A stretch of DNA of 64,000 bases from Escherichia coli (GTDB lineage: Bacteria; Pseudomonadota; Gammaproteobacteria; Enterobacterales; Enterobacteriaceae): NCBI RefSeq assembly GCF_003790525.1, contig NZ_CP033635.1; one strand, given 5' to 3'. The notes under the pieces were generated by a model. It was not told the DNA's origin. It did not search any database and saw only the letters and a list, made by a program, of their open reading frames with translations. Positions 54,889 through 64,000 of the stretch are shown here, one piece after another (the stretch's first letter is position 1; each line of letters begins with the position of its first letter). The position numbers and the translations under genes were made by a program.

Positions 54889-55620
54889 TCAGGCTGTTAC
54901 CAAAGAAGCCGCAACCTGGCGCTCATCAGAAATAATGTGCGTGACCTCATCCAGATGCCCGATGCGGGCTTCCCCTGAACGATTAAATTTACTTTTATCA
55001 ATCAATAACAACGATTGCGCGGCGCGTTTTAATAGCATTGATTTGTAATCAGCGTTGATGGCATTGGAGTCCCACAGTGCGCCGCTGCTATCGATCCCTT
55101 CACAAGAAAAAATAAACAGATCGATTTCCAGCGATTTAAGCTGGGAAATCAGCGAGGGATTGACGTAACAACCATATTTGCGCTCAAGTGTGCCGCCGGA
55201 ACTGATCAGTTGAATGCGTTCACGTTTACCGAGTTCATGGCAAATCGGATGGCTATTGGTGAAGACCTGGATGTTGATGTCAGGCAACTGGCGTGCCAGA
55301 TACCAGCAGGTTGAACTGGCGTCTAATGCTATTACCATCCCTTCTTCAATCCACGCGAGCGCCTCGCGCGCGATATCTGCTTTATGCGCATAATGGCTTT
55401 TCAACCGGATGTGAAAGGGATCGCCACTGTCTTGATTTTGACGGTGGATATATTTAGCGCGTCCATGATTGCGCAGAATTTTACCCTGCGTCTGTAATTC
55501 ATTGAGATCGCGACGAATGGTTTCTTTACTGACCTTTAGCTGTTCAGAGAGAGCTTCCGTGGTCAGGCTGGTATGGTTCAGCAGCAGGTCGACTATCGCT
55601 TGCTGGCGTGCCGCTTTCAT
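54889..55620 (-). CDS. fucR: L-fucose operon activator (DeoR family)
   Basis: Start at the third in-frame ATG giving MKAARQQAIVDLLLNHTSLTTEALSEQLKVSKETIRRDL (DeoR HTH). Confidence 0.9.
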   Translation of the reverse strand: MKAARQQAIVDLLLNHTSLTTEALSEQLKVSKETIRRDLNELQTQGKILRNHGRAKYIHRQNQDSGDPFHIRLKSHYAHKADIAREALAWIEEGMVIALDASSTCWYLARQLPDINIQVFTNSHPICHELGKRERIQLISSGGTLERKYGCYVNPSLISQLKSLEIDLFIFSCEGIDSSGALWDSNAINADYKSMLLKRAAQSLLLIDKSKFNRSGEARIGHLDEVTHIISDERQVAASLVTA

Positions 55621-55677
55621 ATTTTTCACCCCATCATTCGATAACCGCCCGCGTCATGCGGGCGTACCGGTATGAGA

Positions 55678-56100
55678 TTACGGTGTTACCCCTTTTTTTA
55701 AAAGAATATTCCCGTACTTCGCTCGTTCGCCTGTGATAACGATCGCAAAGGCTTTTTGCGCCCGTTCATAAAACGCAAAACGATTGATGCGGATGATGTC
55801 AGGACAGGGGGCTTGTAGTGAAAGCGCATTACGATAACGTCGTTCTACTTCAGGATCGAGAGTGTCACCTTCTACCGCCGCCATCATCACCAGCGGCGGT
55901 GCATAACTGTCCAGTTCAAATAACGGGATAATCGCCTGGAGCAAGTCACTCACCAACAGGCCATCAGCGCGGATCACCTGCGGTCCCATCGAATGGGCGG
56001 GAAAGTGAGCATCGGAAAAAATAATTTCATCTCCATGTCCCATCTCTGCCAGCACTTTCAATAGTTCGGGAGAAATTAACGGCGAAATTGTTTTCAGCAT
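55678..56100 (-). CDS. fucU: L-fucose mutarotase
   Basis: 140-aa [38 protein letters not shown]... Confidence 0.9.
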
Positions 56101-56101
56101 T

Positions 56102-57520
56102 TCACACTTCCTCTATAAATTCAGGTTCAGTTTGCGGGTAGAAATAACGGTACTGATAATGAATCTGCGCGCGGGCTTCTTCCGGGCTGTTAAATTCCCC
56201 TACGCCATACCAACCGAACAGCGCAGCTCCTGCGACGGTCGTTTCTGCGTCGTCGAGAACTTTTACCGGAATATCAAGCATATTGGCTTTAATCTGATTC
56301 CACAATGTGTTGCGACTTCCTCCGCCAACTAACAATAATTCAGAGGCTTTAAAGTGCCCGATTTTTTCCAGCATCTGTAGATTGCGCTGTAATTGCGTGG
56401 TTAACCCTTCCAGCGCCGCGCGATAGAAATGCCCCCGCGTGGTATTAAGCGTCACTCCTTGCCAGCCAGCGTTCTGACACGACAATAAATCACACTGCAT
56501 TTTCACTCCATCTGCGCCAGGAGCGATCAGACGAGCTTCTTCAATCAACATTTGCCAGGGAGTTTCAGCCGTCCAGAACAGTTTTCTCACCCATTCCAGC
56601 ACGCCGGATGCCAGCCATTGCATACCTGGGTTATACAACCCTGCCTGGCTATCCAGTTCGCAGGTAGAACCGGCGTACTGACTTAACAGCGAAGTATCAA
56701 CCTGGGCGCTGCGGACCATTAAAATTTCCCATGTACCGGAAGAGAGCACGGGTTCATTTTGTTCGGCACCAGCGCCAAAAAGGGCGAACTGGGTATCGTG
56801 ACCTGCGGAAATCACCGGTATGCCAACGGGTAAGCCGAGCATTGCTGCGGCGCTGTTCTGTAGCGTACCAATCTGTTCACCCGCTTCCACCAGACGAGGG
56901 AAGAGTCGGCGTGGAATACCGGTGGCTTGTAAAATTTGCGGACTGAAATCGCGTTGCTGGATATCCAGCATCTGGCTGGTTCCGGCCATCGTAATATCAG
57001 TAGTGAATTCGCCGGTTAAACGGTGGTTAATCAGCGACGAAATAAAGAGCCAGGCGTGCGCGCGTTCCAGCAGTTGTGGATGATTTTCTTTCAACCACAC
57101 CAACTTATATAACGTATTGAAACTAAAGGCTCCGACTCCAGAAATAGCCTGCAACTGCTGTGCGGAGATCAACCGTTCAATATTGTCCATTACCGCGGCT
57201 GTTCGCGGACATTTCCAGCTAATGATCGGATAGAGCAGATTGCCTTGCTTATCTACCAGAGCGCCATCCACACCAAAGGTGGTGACGGCGATACCGCGGA
57301 TGTGGCAATCAGTCAGTTCACTATTGATTTGCCGACAGCAATCAGCAAAGCGTTGCAAAATGGCGTCTAAAGACCACTGGTGCCAGGTGTTGTTTTCCAT
57401 CGCGATATCGCTGGCATTAGGCGTTGAGGCGCGGGCAACAATTTTTCCCTGCCGATTAACCGCGATGGCCCTGACATTGGTCGCGCCACAGTCGAGTACC
57501 AGGATAACTTCTTGTTTCAT
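56102..57520 (-). CDS. fucK: L-fuculokinase
   Basis: FGGY-family kinase; start placed at the ATG at 57518-57520 ([21 protein letters not shown]) because a palindrome just upstream would otherwise fall inside the coding region; the ORF track allows a start 30 bp further up (57550). Confidence 0.85.
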
Positions 57521-57538
57521 AATCGCTCCTGCAATATA

Positions 57539-57607
57539 GCCGGATAACATTGCTTATCCGGCTAACCACTCTTGCTTGTTCAGGCCCGGTAGCCGGAGCG
57601 ACCGGGC
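57539..57607. repeat. REP-like palindromes in the fucI-fucK intergenic spacer
   Basis: GCCGGATAA-cattgc-TTATCCGGC and GCCCGGT-agccggagcg-ACCGGGC hairpins. Confidence 0.4.
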
Positions 57608-57628
57608 ATCACATCAGGGAGTAATGTA

Positions 57629-59404
57629 TTAACGCTTGTACAACGGGCCGTAGTTCTGGCAAGCGCGGTAATCCTGGCCTTCAATATCCATGCCGTGCGC
57701 GGCCCAGGCAGAAGGACGATACACTTTGGTCTCTTCAACGTTGTGCATACATACCGGGATACGCAGCATGGAGGCAAGAGTGATAAAGTCTGCGCCAACG
57801 TGGCCGATGGTCAGAACCCCGTGGTTAGCGCCCCAGTTCGCCATTACCGAGTACACATCCGTAAACGGCCCTTTACCGGTGAGGCGCGGTGCAAACCAGG
57901 TGGTTGGCCAGGTTGAGTTGGTGCGTTTGTTGAGGATGTCATGCACATCCTTCGGCAATTCCACGCTCCAGCCTTCCGCGATTTGCAGTACCGGTCCCAG
58001 GCCTTTGATGATGTTGACACGAGTCATGGTGAACGGGACGCCGCCTTCGGTAAGGAAGCGGGAAGAGTAACCGCCGCCACGGAAGTATTCGTGGATCGCC
58101 GGGCACCATTCGGTAGCGGCGAGGCAAGCGTCAGCCTCTTGCTGAGAGATTTCCCAGTGCGGCTTCATCGTCGGGTTACCTTCGCTGTCGCGTTGTTTAC
58201 AGGAACCGTCCAGCGCAGCAGAACCGGAGTTGATCAAATGGATGATGCCGTGTTCTGCCAGTCCATCGAGTTTATGCCCCGTTACACGCTCAATTGCTTC
58301 TGGTGACCAGTAGGTACGCACATCGGCAAATACCTGAGCGGTGCCGGTGAGTTGGTGACCCATTAGCATTGCCACGCCGTTAAGACTGTCGTTTTCGGTC
58401 GCCACGACAAAGGGTTCGCGCACGCCATTCCAGTCAAATGAACTGTTGAGGAGCGCTTCGGCGGTGTCACCATTGGGATATTGATCGGTCCAGTGGCGTT
58501 GTCCCTGGAAGCCCGCAGCGATGGCGTTGTAGCCAAGTGATTCTTCCACGCGACCAATATCGGCCAGTTTGCTGTTGCCTTGCATCATGTCGCGGATACA
58601 CATCGCCATCAGTAAACTTTCGCGCAGAACTGCGCGGCTTTGCTCGGCATTGCGTTGATACTGTTTGTTATTTTCATCTTCGCCATAACGGAAGTTTTTA
58701 TCAGCCCAGGCCAGCGCCATTTCCAGTTCGGCTTCGTCGTAAATCTTCTGATCGATACGGCGACGCAGTTCGGTCATATCCACCGCCTGGACTTTCATTC
58801 CCAGCCAGGATTCAAAGAAGTTGTGATCAACAATAGAACCGGCGATACCCATCGAAACGCCGCCCAGCGACAGATAGCTTTTACCTTTCATGCTGGCGAC
58901 GGCCAAACCGGCGCGGGCAAAGCGCAGCAGTTTTTCTTCAACATCAGCAGGAATCGATGTGTCATCGGCATCCTGAACGTCATGACCGTAAATGGAGAAT
59001 GCCGGGATGCCTTTCTGGCTGTGAGCTGCCAGAGCCGCTGCCAGGTAAACAGCGCCGGGACGTTCGGTGCCGTTAAAGCCCCAAATGGCTTTCGGGCGGG
59101 TTGGATCCATGTCGATGGTTTCACTGCCATAGCACCAGCAAGGGGTTACCGTAATGGTGAGGCCTACATTCTGACTGCTGAATTTTTCTTCGCAAGCAGC
59201 GGCTTCAGCCATACCCGCGATACAGGTATCGGAAATGACACACTCGACGGCAGCTCCACAGGCATGGCGCAGTTTCTCGGTCAGCAGTGCGGCCGTGGCT
59301 TTCGCCATATTCATTGTTTGTTCTTCAAGCGACTCACGAACACCCATGCGACGACCGTCAATAACCGGGCGGATACCAATTTTCGGTAAGCTGATTTTTT
59401 TCAT
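57629..59404 (-). CDS. fucI: L-fucose isomerase
   Basis: 591-aa [33 protein letters not shown]... Confidence 0.9.
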   Translation of the reverse strand: MKKISLPKIGIRPVIDGRRMGVRESLEEQTMNMAKATAALLTEKLRHACGAAVECVISDTCIAGMAEAAACEEKFSSQNVGLTITVTPCWCYGSETIDMDPTRPKAIWGFNGTERPGAVYLAAALAAHSQKGIPAFSIYGHDVQDADDTSIPADVEEKLLRFARAGLAVASMKGKSYLSLGGVSMGIAGSIVDHNFFESWLGMKVQAVDMTELRRRIDQKIYDEAELEMALAWADKNFRYGEDENNKQYQRNAEQSRAVLRESLLMAMCIRDMMQGNSKLADIGRVEESLGYNAIAAGFQGQRHWTDQYPNGDTAEALLNSSFDWNGVREPFVVATENDSLNGVAMLMGHQLTGTAQVFADVRTYWSPEAIERVTGHKLDGLAEHGIIHLINSGSAALDGSCKQRDSEGNPTMKPHWEISQQEADACLAATEWCPAIHEYFRGGGYSSRFLTEGGVPFTMTRVNIIKGLGPVLQIAEGWSVELPKDVHDILNKRTNSTWPTTWFAPRLTGKGPFTDVYSVMANWGANHGVLTIGHVGADFITLASMLRIPVCMHNVEETKVYRPSAWAAHGMDIEGQDYRACQNYGPLYKR

Positions 59405-59436
59405 TACAGATTCCTCACTTTATTCGGAAAATATGT

Positions 59437-60753
59437 TCAGTTAGTTGCCGTTTGAGAACGGAAACGGGCAAAGATAAAGATGACTGCGAAGCAGAGTGCG
59501 GGGATCAGTTCAGCTGTGGGGATGTTGCCCGCAGCGTCACTGACAAAACCCATGACCGGAGTGACAATACCGCCGCCAATAATGGTCATAACGATGAAGG
59601 ACGAACCGTATTTGGTGTCCTGGCCGAGATTCTTAATGCCCAGCGAGAAGATTGTTGGGTACTGAATCGACATAAAGGCACTGCATAAAGTCAGGGCTAT
59701 TAAACCCACATGACCGCCAGCGAAGGCTGAGATCAGGCACAGTGCCATAGCAATTAATGCGTAGGCTGCCAGGACTTTGTGTGGTGCGAAGCGACTGATG
59801 AGCCAGGTACCGGTGAAACGACCAATAAAGAAGCACACCATGGTTCCGGTTAAATAGTTAGCGGCAAAGCCTGCTGTCATACCTGGAATTTCTTCTACAG
59901 CGTAGCGAATTAAATAGCTCCAGCAGGCCGTTTGTGCGCCAACGTAGCAGAATTGCGCTAATACTGCCCAGCGCCAGTGGCGAATACGCGCCAGGCGAGA
60001 AAGCGATGCGGAGAACGATCCTTGTTTGGCGTCACTGTGATTATCACTCTGCAATGCCGGGAATTTCGTCAGCATGATCAGCAGGGCGACCAGTAACACG
60101 ATAGCCACGATGATCATATAAGGTGTCTGTACCGATAATACCAGGCTGTGTTTATACGCACTCAATTGCTCTGGAGACATTTTATCGAGAACGTCTTGCG
60201 ATTGATGTGGCACGTTAGACAAAATAAGACTTTGCCCAAAGACAACCGCGATAATTGCGCCAAATGAGTTAAATGTTTGCGCAAGATTTAAGCGGAAGTG
60301 ACCACTGCTTTCCGGCCCTAATACCGTAACAAAAGGGTTTGCGGCAGTTTCCAGACAACCTAATCCGGCTGCAATAATAAATAGGCCAACTAAAAACAAG
60401 GTGTAGTTCATTATTTCTGCGGCGGGCCAGAATAATGCAGCGCCGAAGGCATATAAAAACAATCCGGTAATAATCCCTGCTTTATAACTGAGTTTTTTCA
60501 TCAATATCCCGGCAGGGATTGGGATAATGAAATAACCAAAGTAAAAGGCCGATTGGATCAGGCCAGCCTGGAAATTTGTCAGCGTAAAAGCCTGCTGGAA
60601 TTGAGGCAATAAAATGTCGTTAAGGTTATTGGCTACCGCCCAAAGAAAAAACAGTGAGCACAGCAGTGCAAATGGAATAATGTAACTTCTGCTTTGCCCT
60701 GCATCTTTATCTACCGCACGGTAACTCTGCGTTTGTATTGATGTGTTTCCCAT
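59437..60753 (-). CDS. fucP: L-fucose:H+ symporter (MFS)
   Basis: 438-aa polytopic ORF; first gene of the fucPIKUR operon. Confidence 0.9.
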   Translation of the reverse strand: MGNTSIQTQSYRAVDKDAGQSRSYIIPFALLCSLFFLWAVANNLNDILLPQFQQAFTLTNFQAGLIQSAFYFGYFIIPIPAGILMKKLSYKAGIITGLFLYAFGAALFWPAAEIMNYTLFLVGLFIIAAGLGCLETAANPFVTVLGPESSGHFRLNLAQTFNSFGAIIAVVFGQSLILSNVPHQSQDVLDKMSPEQLSAYKHSLVLSVQTPYMIIVAIVLLVALLIMLTKFPALQSDNHSDAKQGSFSASLSRLARIRHWRWAVLAQFCYVGAQTACWSYLIRYAVEEIPGMTAGFAANYLTGTMVCFFIGRFTGTWLISRFAPHKVLAAYALIAMALCLISAFAGGHVGLIALTLCSAFMSIQYPTIFSLGIKNLGQDTKYGSSFIVMTIIGGGIVTPVMGFVSDAAGNIPTAELIPALCFAVIFIFARFRSQTATN

Positions 60754-61299
60754 AGCATCCTCTTAGGTTCAGAAGCTTAAGCACGTAATCGGTTATGTTT
60801 TCAAAAGTGCAAAACCAGCGAGTTCGGGCTTCATATCAGTAAATATTTGCCTGTCTGAAATGAACTCATGGATTCATTTTCAAATAAAAAACGCTCTGTA
60901 ATATGACGGCGGTCACACTTATTAGCCGGAAGGTGACTTTATGTGACTACCATCACTTTAATAATCGAAATTTCATGCCCGTTTCAGAAAATAAATCATA
61001 AAAAACACAAACCAGATGACCGTATTAATTGTTTGTGCCGAAAACGGGCATTCCTGGCAGGGAAGAGTAGAAAAATGACCGTTTTGATAAATATTTTTAA
61101 GAGCGGTCATTTTTAATGGGGTTATAAAAAGAGAAATTGCAGTTATTTACTGTGATTAGTTGAACCAGGTCACAAAATATAAGCTTGTGAATTTCTTTCT
61201 GGTTAATCAGGAAGAATATGGTGAGTAATTAAACGGCTAATTCAATAGTGTGAAAGGAACAACATTATTGCCCTGTTTTGAATCAGAGAGAGGTAGCTA

Positions 61300-61947
61300 A
61301 TGGAACGAAATAAACTTGCTCGTCAGATTATTGACACTTGCCTGGAAATGACTCGCCTGGGGCTGAACCAGGGGACAGCGGGTAACGTCAGTGTACGTTA
61401 TCAGGATGGGATGCTGATTACGCCTACAGGTATTCCATATGAAAAACTGACGGAGTCGCATATTGTCTTTATTGATGGCAACGGCAAACATGAGGAAGGA
61501 AAACTCCCCTCAAGCGAGTGGCGTTTCCATATGGCGGCCTATCAAAGCAGACCGGATGCCAACGCGGTTGTTCACAATCATGCCGTTCATTGTACGGCAG
61601 TTTCCATTCTTAACCGACCGATCCCCGCTATTCACTACATGATTGCGGCGGCTGGCGGTAATTCTATTCCTTGCGCGCCTTATGCGACCTTTGGAACACG
61701 CGAACTTTCTGAACATGTTGCGCTGGCTCTCAAAATTCGTAAGGCAACTTTGTTACAACATCATGGGCTTATCGCTTGTGAGGCGAATCTGGAGAAAGCG
61801 TTATGGCTGGCGCATGAAGTTGAAGTGCTGGCACAACTTTACCTGACGACCCTGGCGATTACGGACCCGGTGCCAGTGCTGAGCGATGAAGAGATTGCCG
61901 TAGTGCTGGAGAAATTCAAAACCTACGGGTTACGGATTGAAGAGTAA
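61300..61947 (+). CDS. fucA: L-fuculose-1-phosphate aldolase
   Basis: 215-aa ORF MERNKLARQIIDTCLEMTRLGLNQGTAGNVSVRY... Confidence 0.9.
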   Translation: MERNKLARQIIDTCLEMTRLGLNQGTAGNVSVRYQDGMLITPTGIPYEKLTESHIVFIDGNGKHEEGKLPSSEWRFHMAAYQSRPDANAVVHNHAVHCTAVSILNRPIPAIHYMIAAAGGNSIPCAPYATFGTRELSEHVALALKIRKATLLQHHGLIACEANLEKALWLAHEVEVLAQLYLTTLAITDPVPVLSDEEIAVVLEKFKTYGLRIEE

Positions 61948-61974
61948 TTTCGTAAAGCAACAAGGAGAAGGATG

Positions 61975-63123
61975 ATGGCTAACAGAATGATTCTGAACGA
62001 AACGGCATGGTTTGGTCGGGGTGCTGTTGGGGCTTTAACCGATGAGGTGAAACGCCGTGGTTATCAGAAGGCGCTGATCGTCACCGATAAAACGCTGGTG
62101 CAATGCGGCGTGGTGGCGAAAGTGACCGATAAGATGGATGCTGCAGGGCTGGCATGGGCGATTTACGACGGCGTAGTGCCCAACCCAACAATTACTGTCG
62201 TCAAAGAAGGGCTCGGTGTATTCCAGAATAGCGGCGCGGATTACCTGATCGCTATTGGTGGCGGTTCTCCACAGGATACGTGTAAAGCGATTGGCATTAT
62301 CAGCAACAATCCGGAGTTTGCCGATGTGCGTAGCCTGGAAGGGCTTTCCCCGACCAATAAACCCAGTGTACCGATTCTGGCAATCCCCACCACAGCAGGT
62401 ACTGCGGCAGAAGTGACCATTAACTACGTGATCACTGACGAAGAAAAACGGCGCAAGTTTGTTTGCGTTGATCCGCATGATATCCCGCAGGTGGCGTTTA
62501 TTGACGCTGACATGATGGATGGTATGCCTCCAGCGCTGAAAGCCGCGACGGGTGTCGATGCGCTCACTCATGCTATTGAGGGGTATATTACCCGTGGCGC
62601 GTGGGCGCTAACCGATGCACTGCACATTAAAGCGATTGAAATCATTGCTGGGGCGCTGCGAGGATCGGTTGCTGGTGATAAGGATGCCGGAGAAGAAATG
62701 GCGCTCGGGCAGTATGTTGCGGGTATGGGCTTCTCGAATGTTGGGTTAGGGTTGGTGCATGGTATGGCGCATCCACTGGGCGCGTTTTACAACACGCCAC
62801 ACGGTGTTGCGAACGCCATCCTGTTACCGCATGTCATGCGCTATAACGCTGACTTTACCGGTGAGAAGTACCGCGATATCGCGCGCGTTATGGGCCTGAA
62901 AGTGGAAGGTATGAGCCTGGAAGAGGCGCGTAATGCCGCTGTTGAAGCGGTGTTTGCTCTCAACCGTGATGTCGGTATTCCGCCACATTTACGTGATGTT
63001 GGTGTACGCAAGGAAGACATTCCGGCACTGGCGCAGGCGGCACTGGATGATGTTTGTACCGGTGGCAACCCGCGTGAAGCAACGCTTGAGGATATTGTAG
63101 AGCTTTACCATACCGCCTGGTAA
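61975..63123 (+). CDS. fucO: L-1,2-propanediol oxidoreductase (lactaldehyde reductase, iron-containing ADH)
   Basis: ORF 61972..63123; start at the second ATG (MANRMILNETAWFGRGAVG...). Confidence 0.9.
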   Translation: MANRMILNETAWFGRGAVGALTDEVKRRGYQKALIVTDKTLVQCGVVAKVTDKMDAAGLAWAIYDGVVPNPTITVVKEGLGVFQNSGADYLIAIGGGSPQDTCKAIGIISNNPEFADVRSLEGLSPTNKPSVPILAIPTTAGTAAEVTINYVITDEEKRRKFVCVDPHDIPQVAFIDADMMDGMPPALKAATGVDALTHAIEGYITRGAWALTDALHIKAIEIIAGALRGSVAGDKDAGEEMALGQYVAGMGFSNVGLGLVHGMAHPLGAFYNTPHGVANAILLPHVMRYNADFTGEKYRDIARVMGLKVEGMSLEEARNAAVEAVFALNRDVGIPPHLRDVGVRKEDIPALAQAALDDVCTGGNPREATLEDIVELYHTAW

Positions 63124-63141
63124 ATGCGCTGATGTGATAAT

Positions 63142-63174
63142 GCCGGATGCGACGCTAGCCGTGTCTTATCCGGC
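63142..63174. repeat. REP element between the convergent fucO and xni
   Basis: GCCGGATGCGACGC...TTATCCGGC palindrome. Confidence 0.5.
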
Positions 63175-63227
63175 ATATAAGTGCATTAAATTCAATGTGT
63201 TGATAATCGTTTGCATCCGGCACGCCG

Positions 63228-63998
<771 letters not shown>

Positions 63999-64000
63999 GA

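Overview
This window reads as an Escherichia coli chromosomal segment collinear with the K-12 yqeG–xni region, in reverse orientation relative to the reference. Gene identities come from reading the ORF-track translations against remembered K-12 proteins and from direct inspection of the sequence; no database search was run. The core gene order is yqeG', yqeF, kduI-kduD, araE, ygeA, lysR, lysA, galR, omrB/omrA, aas-lplT, tas, ygdR, ygdQ, mutH, rppH-ptsP, lgt-thyA, ppdA-ppdB-ygdB-ppdC-recC-ptrA-recB-recD, argA, amiC, metV/W/Z, mltA, tcdA, csdE-csdA, ygdI, gcvB, gcvA, ygdD-rlmM, fucRUKIP / fucAO, xni. Three things are not expected from the K-12 layout as I recall it. (1) A complete 1426-bp IS4 copy with 18-bp terminal inverted repeats and a 12-bp target duplication interrupts ygeA. 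(2) A ~1.7-kb gene for a secreted coiled-coil protein of unknown function sits between lplT and tas. (3) An AT-rich five-gene islet sits between amiC and the metZWV tRNA operon: a BglG/LicT-type antiterminator, a MalX-like PTS EIICB, a MalY-like PLP C-S lyase, a SIS-domain isomerase and a 2-hydroxyacid dehydrogenase, preceded by a RAT-like element overlapping an intrinsic terminator. The islet is the best candidate for an undescribed system, but its substrate and novelty are unverified. I found no CRISPR array, integrase or prophage.
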